Part shown: one piece after another, positions 1 through 9,165 of the stretch
How positions within the stretch are numbered: position 1 is the first letter of the stretch
How the letters are laid out: each line of letters opens with the position of its first letter
Position numbers and translations under genes: made by a program
The notes under the pieces: generated by a model
The model's database searches: none
Told to the model about the DNA's origin: nothing
The model's input: only the letters and a program-made list of their open reading frames with translations
Source: an uncultured Spirochaetota bacterium
GTDB lineage: Bacteria; Spirochaetota; Spirochaetia; Treponematales; UBA12059
NCBI GenBank assembly: GCA_937873275.1
Contig: CALMRC010000114.1
Coordinates: forward strand, 2,666-66,665
Reading direction: 5' to 3'
Length of the DNA stretch: 64,000 nucleotides

Positions 1-1231
1 GCAGCACGGTCCGAACCGTCAGGACCATCTCGGCCACGCTGGCCCACTCGTACCGGGAGTGGTAGTTGTACCCTCCGGTGAAGATGTTCGGCGTCGGGAT
101 CCCCATCTCCGTGAGCCGGGCTCCGTCGGTGCCCCCCCGGATCGGCTTGATCACGGGAGTCACGCCCGCGTCCTTGCAGGCCCGCACCAGCCGCTCCAGG
201 ACCTCGGGGCGTTCGTCCAGCTTCTTGCGCATGTTCACGTACTGCTTCTGGATTTCCACGTTCACCGAGCCGCCCGGGAACTGGGCCTCCACGGCCTTGG
301 CCAGGGCCTTGACCGTCTCGATCCGCCGGTTCATCCCCTCGTCCGTGAAATCCCGGAGGAAGACCTCCACCGCCGCGCTCTCCAGGGTCCCCTGGATCTC
401 GAGGGGGCAGTAGTAGCCGTACCATCCGTCCGTGGATTCCGGGCTCTCCGCCCGGGGAAGCATCGACACGAAGGAGGCGGCCATGGCCGTGGCGTTGGCC
501 AGCTTGCCCCGGGCCGAACCGATGTGGATCACGTAGCCCTTGAAGGTCAGCTTGGCGGCGTAGGCGGTGAAGCACTCCGCCTCGATCTCCCCGAGCTTGC
601 CGCCGTCCAGGGTGTAGCAGGCCGTGGACCGGACGTTCTTGAGGGGGAAGAGGTTCATCCCCTTGCCGGTTTCCTCGTCGGGGGTGAAGAAGACTTCGAT
701 GGGGCCGTGGGGAAGCTCCGGATGGGCGATGAGGTGCCCCAGGGCGGTCAGGATCTCCGCGATCCCCGCCTTGTCGTCGGCCCCCAGGAGGGTCGTCCCG
801 TCCGTCACGATCAGGGTGTCGCCGGCGTGGTCCGCCAAGTCCGGGTAGGCGGCGGGATCCAGGGTATGCTCGTCCGAGAGCCGCAGGGCCTTCCCGTCGT
901 AGCCCGGGACGATCCGGGGCCGGACGTCCTTGGCGGTGACGTCGCTGGCCGTGTCCATGTGGGCCATGAACCCGACGGAGGGCTTGCCCTCGTACCCGGG
1001 GGTCGGGGGGAGCCGGGCGGAGAGGTAGCAGTGGTCGTCCAGGGTCACGTCGGAGAATCCGAGGTCCTGGAGCTCCTTCTGGAGGATCCGGGCCAGGTCC
1101 CACTGGGTCGGGGTGGACGGGATGTCCTCGACGTGACGGTCGCTGGTCGTCTCGATCCGGGCGTAGCGGACCAGGCGTTCGGCCAGCTCCCGGGCGAAGG
1201 GGTCGGAAAGCGCTTCCTTGTAGTTGTCCAT
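1..1231 (-). CDS. pepT: Peptidase T (tripeptide aminopeptidase, M20B family); the C-terminal end runs off the left edge of the window
   Basis: Own translation of the minus strand from ATG at 1231-1229 gives MDNYKEALSDPFARELAERLVRYARIETTSDRH...FMAHMDTASD...GADDKAGIAEI...FFTPDEETGKG, which are M20 metal-ligand motifs. It is absent from the ORF track because there is no stop inside the window. Confidence 0.85.
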   Translation of the reverse strand, partial: MDNYKEALSDPFARELAERLVRYARIETTSDRHVEDIPSTPTQWDLARILQKELQDLGFSDVTLDDHCYLSARLPPTPGYEGKPSVGFMAHMDTASDVTAKDVRPRIVPGYDGKALRLSDEHTLDPAAYPDLADHAGDTLIVTDGTTLLGADDKAGIAEILTALGHLIAHPELPHGPIEVFFTPDEETGKGMNLFPLKNVRSTACYTLDGGKLGEIEAECFTAYAAKLTFKGYVIHIGSARGKLANATAMAASFVSMLPRAESPESTDGWYGYYCPLEIQGTLESAAVEVFLRDFTDEGMNRRIETVKALAKAVEAQFPGGSVNVEIQKQYVNMRKKLDERPEVLERLVRACKDAGVTPVIKPIRGGTDGARLTEMGIPTPNIFTGGYNYHSRYEWASVAEMVLTVRTVL

Positions 1232-1295
1232 GCCCGGCAGTATGTCCCGGTTTCCGGGATTGGGCAAGTATCGCCGCCCGGGACGGCCGGTCGTC

Positions 1296-2339
1296 CTACG
1301 CGTCCGGAGCCCGCAGGTACTCCGCCAGCAGCATCAGGGTGTTCCGGAGGGCGTCCTCGTGGGTGCGCTCGTAGCCGTGGCTCGCGTAGACCCCGGGGCC
1401 GACCAGACCGTGCCGGACGTCGTGGCCGGCGGCCAGGCTGACCTCCACGTCGGACCCGTAGTGGGGATAGACGTCCACGGCGTAGGCGCAGCCCGCCCGC
1501 CGGGCCGCGGCGGCCAGGGCGTTCGTGACGTCCCAGTCGTAGGGCCCCCCGGAATCCTTGGCGCAAATGGAGACCATCCGCTCCGTGCAGCCCAGGTCGT
1601 CCCCGACCGCGCCCATGTCGACGCTGATCGCCTCCACGCAGTCCCCGGGAATCACGGCTCCCCCGTGACCGACCTCCTCGTAGGTCGTGAACAGGAGGTA
1701 GGTGCGGCGGTCGGGGCTCAGCCCGCCCTCCGAGACCATCCGGGCCAGGGCCAGGAGGACGGCGCAGCCGGCCTTGTCGTCCAGGTGCCGGCTCTTGAGG
1801 TAGCCCTTCTCCGTCCGGACGGGCCGCGCGTCGATGCTGACGACGTCCCCGGGGGCGATCCCGAGGGCCAGGACCGCGTCCCGGTTCGGGGCGTCCTCGT
1901 CCAGGAGGATCTCCAGGCCGTCCTCCTCGATGCGGCTCTCCTTGAGCTTCGCGTTGACGTGGACCGAGGCGTCCAGGGGCTGGAAGGTCCCGGTGAAGAT
2001 ACCGCCCGATCGCGCGTGGATCCGGCAGGTCTCCGTGGCCAGGTAGATGTCCGGGTAGCCGCCGATCTTGGAGAAGCGCAGGCGGCCGTTCGGCTTCACC
2101 GACCGGACCACGGCGCCCAGGGTGTCCACGTGGGCCGCCAGCACCAGGGGATCCCCCCCGTCCGCCAGGCGGCAGATCACGGAGCCTTTCGCGCTCCGCT
2201 CGGTGGGGAACCCGAGTCCCTCCAGGATGCCCGCCACCCGGTCCGCGGCCCCCCGGGTCATGCCCGCGGGGCTGGGGATGGCGCAGAGTTCCAGGGCGAT
2301 ATCGGCGGCCAGCCGGCCCCGGGATTGGAAGTCGAGCAT
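1296..2339 (-). CDS. M42 family metallopeptidase (glutamyl aminopeptidase / FrvX-like)
   Basis: 347-aa ORF with normal composition. LVLAAHVDTLG, HLDDKAGCAVLL and TTYEEVGHGGA are typical M42 metal-binding motifs. Confidence 0.85.
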   Translation of the reverse strand: MLDFQSRGRLAADIALELCAIPSPAGMTRGAADRVAGILEGLGFPTERSAKGSVICRLADGGDPLVLAAHVDTLGAVVRSVKPNGRLRFSKIGGYPDIYLATETCRIHARSGGIFTGTFQPLDASVHVNAKLKESRIEEDGLEILLDEDAPNRDAVLALGIAPGDVVSIDARPVRTEKGYLKSRHLDDKAGCAVLLALARMVSEGGLSPDRRTYLLFTTYEEVGHGGAVIPGDCVEAISVDMGAVGDDLGCTERMVSICAKDSGGPYDWDVTNALAAAARRAGCAYAVDVYPHYGSDVEVSLAAGHDVRHGLVGPGVYASHGYERTHEDALRNTLMLLAEYLRAPDA

Positions 2340-2439
2340 GGAACCTCCTTGTCGATGGTCCGACCGGCACTATACCACGAATCGCGGCTTCCGGGGCCGC
2401 GCCTTGCCCCGGGAAGGGCCAATCGATATATTCTTCCCG

Positions 2440-3312
2440 ATGGCAATACCCGAGTACCCCGAGTTCGCTCCGATCACCCTGGACATGCGGGACGAGATGT
2501 ACCCCCGGCTCAACCTCCTGGCCGACGGCATCTCGGAATTCACCTTCTCCAACCTCTACCTGTTCCGGCACGTCTACGGGTACAAGGTCTCCCGCATCCC
2601 GGACCAGACCCTGGTGTTGACGGGCGTCAAGAAGGGCGAACCCTTCTTCCTGACCCCCTGCGCGGTTCCGGACCGAGACCGCCTGGCGGACCTCTTCCGG
2701 GACCACCTGTACCTCAAGAACCTTTCGGAGAGCCAGTCCGAGAGCCGCCGGGTCGACCTGGAGCACTGGGGCTACCGCATCGAGGAGGACCGGGACAACT
2801 TCGACTACCTCTACCGGCGGGAGGACCTGGCGGAGCTCTCCGGCAAGGCCTACCACAAGAAGCGGAACCTGGTGAACGCCTTCCTGGGCACCTGCTCCTG
2901 CGAGCAGAGGCCCCTGACGAAGGCGAACGTGGGGGATGCCGTGGAGGTCCTGGACCGGTGGAGGGAAGCCAAGGGCGTCGAGGGCGACTACGCGGCGTCC
3001 CGGGAATCCCTGGACCTTTTCCGGGAACTGGGGATGCGGGGGGCGGTCTACTACGCCGACGGCCGTCCTGCGGGCTACGTCCTGGGGGAGCCCATCTCCA
3101 AGGCCCGGATGTTCGCGGTCCACTTCGAGAAGGCCGTGGAGGGCTACAAGGGGATCTACCAGTTCATCAACCAGGCCTTCGCCCAGACCCTGCCCAAGTA
3201 CTTCCGGATCGTGAACCGGGAACAGGACCTGGGGGACGAGGGGCTTCGGCAGGCCAAGATGACCTACCGTCCCTTCGGGTTCGTGAAGAAGTACCGGGTC
3301 TATAGAGCCTAG
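2440..3312 (+). CDS. DUF2156-type protein, related to the C-terminal transferase domain of phosphatidylglycerol lysyltransferase (MprF)
   Basis: In-frame ATG at 2440 (MAIPEYPEF...) inside ORF 2068..3312; the upstream 124 codons are Arg/Pro/Ser-rich and antisense to the M42 gene. Contains FDYLYRREDLAELSGKAYHKKRN. Confidence 0.65.
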   Translation: MAIPEYPEFAPITLDMRDEMYPRLNLLADGISEFTFSNLYLFRHVYGYKVSRIPDQTLVLTGVKKGEPFFLTPCAVPDRDRLADLFRDHLYLKNLSESQSESRRVDLEHWGYRIEEDRDNFDYLYRREDLAELSGKAYHKKRNLVNAFLGTCSCEQRPLTKANVGDAVEVLDRWREAKGVEGDYAASRESLDLFRELGMRGAVYYADGRPAGYVLGEPISKARMFAVHFEKAVEGYKGIYQFINQAFAQTLPKYFRIVNREQDLGDEGLRQAKMTYRPFGFVKKYRVYRA

Positions 3313-3337
3313 GAAGGTTCCGGGCTATACTGCATCC

Positions 3338-4384
3338 ATGACATCCTCCCTCGTGCGATGGACGGGCACCGAACACGGAAAGGCCTTCGACCGGAGGGGC
3401 TCCCTCCTCTCCCGGGCCCTCGAGGAGAACCGGCGTGGGATCCGCTCCCTCCCGGAGTACCTGGATTACCTGTCGGGGCGCACGGTCTGCCTGACCCTCC
3501 TGGCGGGGGCGGGATCCCGGTGGACGGATTCCTTGAAGGCCGCCGCCGCGGAGGGCCGGGCCCCCCGCTTCGACCCGTCCCGTCCCCGGGGGCTCTTTCC
3601 GGTGAGGAACTCCCTGGGCCGGGGCCCGGACCCGATCCCCATCGCGGCCTACGCGGTGGACGCCTTCCGGGGGCTCGGCCGCCGGGTCATCGTGGTCCGG
3701 GGCTGGGAGGACGAGATCGACCGGGAGATCCTGGCTCCCCTGGGGATCCCGCCGTCGGAACGCCGCTTCTTCACCCAGGAAGCCCCCCTGGGCAAGCCCC
3801 TGGGGCACGGGGACGCGGTCTGGCAGTGCCGGGAGCTCTGGAAGGACGCGGAGTATGTCCTGGTGAACTTCGGGGGCGACGCCTCCAGTCCCTTCACGGC
3901 CCGGGCCGCCCTGGCCGTCCTGGACGCCCTGGTATCCCGGGAGGAGCCCGTCGGGCTCCTCCTGCCCGCCGCCCGCCTGGAGAACCCGGCCTATCCCATT
4001 TCCCTGGACTCCTACGGCCGGCCGACCGCCTTCGGGCACGCCAAGCTCTCGGGGGCCACGGTCATGGCGGCCCCGGGCTGGGCCAACGTGGGCCTGCGGG
4101 CCTACAAGGCATCCTCCCTGTACGCCCTCTGCGAGACGATACGGGCGGAGCACTGGAAGGACGGGGAGGGATACTCGATTCCCGGGAACGATCCCGCGGG
4201 CCGGGAGTTCGCCCTGGACAACGTGGACGCCCGCCTGGCCGAGGGGCGGTTGGTGCGGTTGCTGGCTACGGCCCTGCCGGAGGAGTTGACTCCGGTCAAG
4301 AGCCTGGCGGACGTGCCGGCCTTCGAGGCCGCGGCCGCCCGGGTCCGTTCGGACGCGGCCGCCCTCCTGGGCGGAAATCCCTGA
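3338..4384 (+). CDS. UDPGP-family (UTP--hexose-1-phosphate uridylyltransferase-like) nucleotidyltransferase, substrate unknown
   Basis: LLAGAGSRW resembles the L-x-GG-x-GT-R nucleotide-binding loop. KPLGHGDAVWQ resembles the P-x-GHGD motif of UDPGP enzymes. Confidence 0.5.
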   Translation: MTSSLVRWTGTEHGKAFDRRGSLLSRALEENRRGIRSLPEYLDYLSGRTVCLTLLAGAGSRWTDSLKAAAAEGRAPRFDPSRPRGLFPVRNSLGRGPDPIPIAAYAVDAFRGLGRRVIVVRGWEDEIDREILAPLGIPPSERRFFTQEAPLGKPLGHGDAVWQCRELWKDAEYVLVNFGGDASSPFTARAALAVLDALVSREEPVGLLLPAARLENPAYPISLDSYGRPTAFGHAKLSGATVMAAPGWANVGLRAYKASSLYALCETIRAEHWKDGEGYSIPGNDPAGREFALDNVDARLAEGRLVRLLATALPEELTPVKSLADVPAFEAAAARVRSDAAALLGGNP

Positions 4385-4421
4385 GGACCCGGGCTAGGGC
4401 CGCCCGGGGATCCGCCGGCCG

Positions 4422-6488
4422 TCAGACCGGGTCGGACAGGAGGGGCCGGGGCTCCGCGAAGATGTAGCCCTGGCCGTAGTCCACCCCGAGCTCCACCAGC
4501 TTCTTCCAGATCTTGTCGGACTTCACGAACTCCCCGATGGTCTTGAGGCCCATGACGTGGCCCACGGAATTGATGGACTCCACCATCGTGCAGCTCACCA
4601 GGCTCTCGTCGATGTTCTGCACGAAGGATCCGTCGATCTTGAGGTAGTCCACCGGGAGGTTCTTCAGGTACCCGAAGGAGGAGAACCCGGACCCGAAATC
4701 GTCCAGGGCGAAGGTGAAGCCCTCCTCCTTGAGGCGTTTCATGAACCGGGAAGCGTAGGAGAGGTTCTGGATCGCCGCGGTCTCGGTGATCTCGAAGCAG
4801 AAGGAGGACGCGGACAGGCCGTACTGGGCCAGGGTCGCCAGGATCTTGTCGATCAGGGTCTCGTCCAGGAGGGAGGGGCCGGACAGGTTGATGGAGAAGA
4901 TGGAGTCCGCCAGGGGGTTTCCCCGGTCCTGGAGGGTGCGGAAGGCCCGGAACGCGTTCTCGATCACCCATCGGTCGATCTGGGGCATCATGTTGTACCG
5001 CTCCGCCGAGGGGATGAAGTCCGTGGGCCGGGCGATGCCCCCATCCTCGTTCACCAGGCGGATGAGGATCTCGATCTTCTTGGAATACCCCTTCACGGGA
5101 TCCAGGGGCACGATGGGCTGGTAGTAGAGCAGGAACCGGTTCTCGTCGATGGCCCGGTTGATCTTCCCGATCCACTCCATCTCGCCCCGGCGGCGCTGGA
5201 AGACCGAATCCTCCACCTGGAAGACGCTGATCTTGTTGCCCCCCGATTCCTTGGCGATGTGGCAGGCGTCGTCCCCCGCGGCCAGGACGGCGTGGATGTC
5301 CCCGGAATCCCGGTTCAACGGCACGATGCCGATGGACATGGTGACCGGGAAGACCGTGCCCTGCCAGAGGAACTTGCGGTTCGCCGCGGCCTCCTGGAGG
5401 CGCTTGGCCACGTTGGATGCGTCCTGGACCGCGCAGTTCATCAGGATGCAGGCGAACTCGTCCCCGCCGATGCGGGCGGAGATGTCGTTCCGCTGGATGT
5501 TGGCCTGGATGTGGGACGCGACCTGCCGCAGCAGTTCGTCCCCCGCCAGGGCCCCGCAGGTGTCGTTGACCGCCTTGAACCGGTCCACGTCCAGGATCAA
5601 AAGGCCGTGGCTCTCCCCGGTCTGCTGGATGTTCTTGAGTACCTCCCCCAGCTTGAAGGAGAACTCCTCCCGGTTGGACAGCCCCGTCAGGATGTCGTGG
5701 CTGGCCTGGTAGTTGATGGTCTCGGACATCCGCTTCATCTCGGTGATGTCCCGCAGGGCCAGCAAGTACCCCTCCGTGGCGTTCTCCTTCTCGTGGATCC
5801 GGGTGATGGATCCGTCCACCAGGATGGTCTGGTTGAAGGTGTTCTTGATGGACACCTCGTGGAAGAAGTAGGGGTGCTCGTCCACCAGGGGGACGCCGCT
5901 TCCCAGGAGGTCCTTCTGCTTCCGGGGGTCGAAGAGGGAGAGGATGCGGGGCAGGGAGGCGCCCTTGACGGCCTCCTCCTTGAAACCCGTGATGTCCTCC
6001 GCGACGGTGTTCATGAACTGGATGTTCAGGTTCATGTCCGTCGCCACGATCCCGTCGTTGATGGAATGGAGGATGGCGGAAAAGAGCCGCTCCTGCTTCC
6101 GAAGCCGCTTCTCGATTCCGTTCTTGTACAGGGCTATGTCGATGGTCGTGTAGAGTTCGCGTTCCTTCAGGGGCTTGAGGATGTAGCCGTAGGGCTCGAC
6201 CGCCTTGGCCCTCTCCAGGGTCTTCTCGTCCGTGTAGGCGGTCAGGAAGATGACCGGCAGGCCCAGCTGGTTGCGGATGATTCCCGCGGCCTCGATCCCG
6301 TCCATGGTCCCGGCCAGGTAGATGTCCATGAGGACGATGTCCGGCGCCGCCTGGCGGGCCAGCTCCACGGCGACCTCGCCCTCGCTGGCCATGCCGACCA
6401 CGGCGTACCCGAAGCGCTCCAGGCGGCGCTGGAGATCCAGGGCGATGATCTTCTCGTCCTCGACGATCAGTATCTTCTCGTTGTTCAT
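4422..6488 (-). CDS. Response regulator receiver - PAS - GGDEF - EAL protein (c-di-GMP turnover)
   Basis: N-terminal REC domain (ILIVEDE...DIVLMDIYL), then PAS, then a GGDEF domain (RIGGDEFACIL), then an EAL domain (EILIRL...FEITE...DDFGSGFSS...KIDGSF). Confidence 0.9.
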   Translation of the reverse strand: MNNEKILIVEDEKIIALDLQRRLERFGYAVVGMASEGEVAVELARQAAPDIVLMDIYLAGTMDGIEAAGIIRNQLGLPVIFLTAYTDEKTLERAKAVEPYGYILKPLKERELYTTIDIALYKNGIEKRLRKQERLFSAILHSINDGIVATDMNLNIQFMNTVAEDITGFKEEAVKGASLPRILSLFDPRKQKDLLGSGVPLVDEHPYFFHEVSIKNTFNQTILVDGSITRIHEKENATEGYLLALRDITEMKRMSETINYQASHDILTGLSNREEFSFKLGEVLKNIQQTGESHGLLILDVDRFKAVNDTCGALAGDELLRQVASHIQANIQRNDISARIGGDEFACILMNCAVQDASNVAKRLQEAAANRKFLWQGTVFPVTMSIGIVPLNRDSGDIHAVLAAGDDACHIAKESGGNKISVFQVEDSVFQRRRGEMEWIGKINRAIDENRFLLYYQPIVPLDPVKGYSKKIEILIRLVNEDGGIARPTDFIPSAERYNMMPQIDRWVIENAFRAFRTLQDRGNPLADSIFSINLSGPSLLDETLIDKILATLAQYGLSASSFCFEITETAAIQNLSYASRFMKRLKEEGFTFALDDFGSGFSSFGYLKNLPVDYLKIDGSFVQNIDESLVSCTMVESINSVGHVMGLKTIGEFVKSDKIWKKLVELGVDYGQGYIFAEPRPLLSDPV

Positions 6489-6525
6489 GGCGTACCTGGA
6501 AGTATCGTTGTCCCGGCGTTCCGGG

Positions 6526-7047
6526 TCAAGGGACGAGGAGCGAGAGGACCAGGCCGATCCCCCCCGCCCCCAGGATGATGAACAGGGGGTGGGTCTTGGT
6601 GAAGGCCGCCAGGACGAAGGCCCCCGCGGCCAGGATGCCCGAGGTCCAGGAGGACACCGCGGCGGGCAGGAAGGTCCACAGGGTCATCGCGACCAGGGCG
6701 ATGGTGCCCGTCTTGAGGGCTTCCTGCAGGACGCCCCGGGCCTTGCCCAGCCGGGCCAGGAGGCTCGTGGCCGCCAGGATGGAGAGGATCGGGAAGGCGA
6801 CGACGGACAGGGTCGCCGCGGCGGCCCCGGGGATTCCCGCCAGGCGGTACCCGACCAGGGTCGCGGCGTTCAGGGCCACGGGTCCCGGGGTCACCTGGGA
6901 GATGGCCACCAGGTCCGAGAATCCCGCCTCGGTGATCCATCCCCGTCCCAGGATCTCGGTCTTGATGATCCCGACGATGGTCCAGCCCCCGCCGTAGGCG
7001 GCGATGCCAATCTTGAAGAAGACCCAGGACAGACGGAGGAGGTTCAT
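6526..7047 (-). CDS. Chromate transporter family protein, short-chain half (second gene of pair)
   Basis: In-frame ATG at 7047 (MNLLRLSWVFFKIGIAAYGGGW...QVTPGPVALNAAT) inside ORF 6526..7674. The ATGA overlaps the stop of the upstream half. Confidence 0.8.
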   Translation of the reverse strand: MNLLRLSWVFFKIGIAAYGGGWTIVGIIKTEILGRGWITEAGFSDLVAISQVTPGPVALNAATLVGYRLAGIPGAAAATLSVVAFPILSILAATSLLARLGKARGVLQEALKTGTIALVAMTLWTFLPAAVSSWTSGILAAGAFVLAAFTKTHPLFIILGAGGIGLVLSLLVP

Positions 7048-7598
7048 GACCGCGCCTCCCCGACCAGGGCCACCAGCACGGAGGCGAAAAAGAGGGGGAT
7101 GGCCCAGGGCCGGAAGGAGATGATCGCGGCGGCCGCGCAGATCGTGCAAACCCCGCGCCAGACCGTCCAGGTCCGGGTCTTGGACATACGCCAGAGGAGG
7201 GCGCCCACGAGTCCCGGGATCACCGCCGCCGCTCCGCCCAGGAAGCCTCGAACCGGGGCCAGGTCCCCGAAACCGTCCAGGAGTAGGGCCACCACCAGGA
7301 CCGAGGCGAAGGGGGGCACCAGGATGCCCGCCAGGGCCAGGCAGAACCCCGCGATCCCCGCCGTCCTCCGCCCCACGATGAGGGCGGTGTTCAGGGCGAT
7401 GGGGCCCGGGAAGGACTGGGCCAGGGCGAAGAGGTCGTAGAACTCCTTCTCCTCCAGCCACCCCTTGGCGGTCACCTCCCGGCCGATGACGGGGACCATT
7501 GCGTATCCGCCGCCGATCGTGACGGCGGAGATGCGGAAGAAGGTCCAGAATATGCCGCCCGGGCTCGGGGGGGCCGGGGAGTTCGGGGTACGGTCCAT
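7044..7598 (-). CDS. Chromate transporter family protein, short-chain half (first gene of pair)
   Basis: FWTFFRISAVTIGGGYAMVP...AQSFPGPIALNTA is the CHR family signature. It has a 4-nt overlap with the downstream half. Confidence 0.8.
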   Translation of the reverse strand: MDRTPNSPAPPSPGGIFWTFFRISAVTIGGGYAMVPVIGREVTAKGWLEEKEFYDLFALAQSFPGPIALNTALIVGRRTAGIAGFCLALAGILVPPFASVLVVALLLDGFGDLAPVRGFLGGAAAVIPGLVGALLWRMSKTRTWTVWRGVCTICAAAAIISFRPWAIPLFFASVLVALVGEARS

Positions 7599-7847
7599 GG
7601 ATTCTCCGGAATGGCTGGATTCGAGGGGGCATCGGCCGGAGGTCCGCGGCCGGCTCCCCGTGCGGGTCCATCATACCGGGGGCCGGGGCGGCTGTAAAGA
7701 AGCGGGTGTCCGCCCGTACGCCCGGGGCGTCGGGAGCGGCCGCCCTTGTGCCCCCCGGTTCGGGATCAGTATATTAGTGGAAACGAGAACTATCCGCGTG
7801 CGGACTTCCGCCGCGGCAAGGGAATCCGGCCTCCGAACGGGAGTCCT

Positions 7848-8438
7848 ATGGCGTACTCGGTTCCGCTGCACCAACGAATCACCCTCCGGCCCGGGGATCA
7901 CCGGGCGACCACGGAGAAGACCGTACTGTCCACCCTCCTGGGGTCCTGCGTGTCCGCCTGCCTTTACGACCCCGTCGCCCGGGTAGCCGGCATGAACCAC
8001 TTCCTCCTGGCCAACCGGCGCTACGCCCGGAGCCTGCCGTTGAACGTCACGGAGGCCGGCCGGTACGGGATCCATGCCATGGAGCTCCTGATCAACGACA
8101 TGATGAAACTGGGCGCCCAGCGGTCCCGTCTCCAGGCCAAGGTTTTCGGTGGCGGGGCCATCCTGGACGAGGGGGCGGATTCCCATTTCCTCTGCGTCGG
8201 GGACGTCAACCAACGGTTCATCCGGGAATTCCTGACCGCCGAGGGCATACGGATCGTGTCGGAGGACCTGGGGGGCGAGCTCGGCCGGGTCATCCACTTC
8301 CACACGGACACCTTCCAGGTGTTCCGGAAGTTCATACCCAAGACCCAGACCCTCCGGATCGAGCGTCGGGAGCTGGGAATCTGGAAGCGGGAAATCGAGA
8401 AGCCGGAAGAGCGGGAAGGCGCGATAATTCTTTTCTAG
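7848..8438 (+). CDS. cheD: Chemoreceptor glutamine deamidase CheD
   Basis: ATG at 7848 (MAYSVPLHQRI...). LGSCVSACLYDP carries the catalytic Cys, with GMNHFLL and AKVFGGG. GGGAG lies 4 nt upstream. Confidence 0.85.
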   Translation: MAYSVPLHQRITLRPGDHRATTEKTVLSTLLGSCVSACLYDPVARVAGMNHFLLANRRYARSLPLNVTEAGRYGIHAMELLINDMMKLGAQRSRLQAKVFGGGAILDEGADSHFLCVGDVNQRFIREFLTAEGIRIVSEDLGGELGRVIHFHTDTFQVFRKFIPKTQTLRIERRELGIWKREIEKPEEREGAIILF

Positions 8439-8443
8439 GTAAA

Positions 8444-8516
8444 GCCGAGAAGGAGAATCGAACTCCTGACCTGCGCATTACGAGTGCGCCGCTCTGCCAT
8501 CTGAGCTATCTCGGCG
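8444..8516 (-). tRNA. tRNA-Thr (anticodon CGT), 73 nt, CCA not encoded
   Basis: Hand-folded cloverleaf: acceptor GCCGAGA/TCTCGGC, D stem GCTC/GAGC, anticodon stem GCGCA/TGCGC with loop CTCGTAA, T arm AGGAG-TTCGATT-CTCCT. Confidence 0.95.
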
Positions 8517-8527
8517 GGCGGTCGAGA

Positions 8528-8556
8528 CTATACCGGAAGCGGGTCAAAGAATCAAG
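8528..8556 (-). promoter_or_regulatory. Sigma70-type promoter for tRNA-Thr
   Basis: On the minus strand: TTGATT, 17-nt spacer, TATAGT. The -10 ends 11 nt before the tRNA 5' end. Confidence 0.55.
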
Positions 8557-8598
8557 GGGAACCGGGAATCCCGTACCCGCCGCGCTATCTTCTGGCGT

Positions 8599-9165
8599 AT
8601 GAACCAACGAGCGATCCCGCGGGCCCTGCCCGCCTTCCTTGTGGCCGCCCTCGCGTCGGTGATGTTCGTCTCGGCGGGATCCGCGGCGGCGCCGGGCTCC
8701 GAGGCCTCGGACCGGGAGGTCGAGGTCCTGGTGGTCCGCTTTTCCGGGGGAGCCTCGGAGGAACGGTACCGGTACATGGACCTGCCCGCGGCGGCGAGGT
8801 TCCTGTCCCCCGTCGCCTTTGCCGTTCGGGGCGGAACTCTGTCCTTCGAGACGGAGACCTCCTCGGGGTTCCTGGAACGGGGCCGCCGGTCCCTGGCGGG
8901 CCGCCCCGGGGGCGCCCTGGAGCTCGTCTCGGTGCTCCTGGCCTCGGAAACCCGGGAACCCCGACCGTCCCGGACGGTCACGGTGACCTTCACCCTGGAC
9001 GAGCTCCTGGCCCGGGGCGGCCCCTGGTCCGGGGTGCCCGCGGCCTGGGCCTGCCTCCGGGCGGCGTCGGACTCCCGCTGGACCTCCGGAAGGGTCTGGG
9101 CCCGTTCCGCGGACTACGACGCCCGCACGGGCCGGATCACCGTCCGGGTGGCCCTGCTCAAGTGA
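8599..9165 (+). CDS. Hypothetical secreted protein
   Basis: 188-aa ORF with an N-terminal signal-like segment (LPAFLVAALASVMFVSAGSAAA). No family recognised. The 3' end overlaps the addA stop by 8 nt (convergent). Confidence 0.45.
   Translation: MNQRAIPRALPAFLVAALASVMFVSAGSAAAPGSEASDREVEVLVVRFSGGASEERYRYMDLPAAARFLSPVAFAVRGGTLSFETETSSGFLERGRRSLAGRPGGALELVSVLLASETREPRPSRTVTVTFTLDELLARGGPWSGVPAAWACLRAASDSRWTSGRVWARSADYDARTGRITVRVALLK

Noticed and set aside
59-3305. Long track ORFs 59..1441(+), 1045..3123(-) and 1224..3305(+), 460-693 aa
   Set aside because: Their composition is dominated by Arg/Pro/Gly/Asp/Val runs with no motifs. They overlap, in other frames or on the other strand, the well-supported pepT, M42 peptidase and DUF2156 genes. 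They are typical shadow ORFs of high-GC DNA.
6526-7674. Track ORF 6526..7674(-) read as one 382-aa protein, or the split chromate transporter read as a pseudogene
   Set aside because: The N-terminal 209 residues are RPG-rich and overlap the true frame of the first ChrA half. Paired short-chain CHR genes with an ATGA overlap are a known normal arrangement, so no frameshift is inferred.
8444-8516. tRNA-Thr as an integration site for a genomic island
   Set aside because: No integrase, no direct repeat of the tRNA 3' end and no compositional shift are visible on either side. The neighbours are cheD and a GC-typical hypothetical gene.
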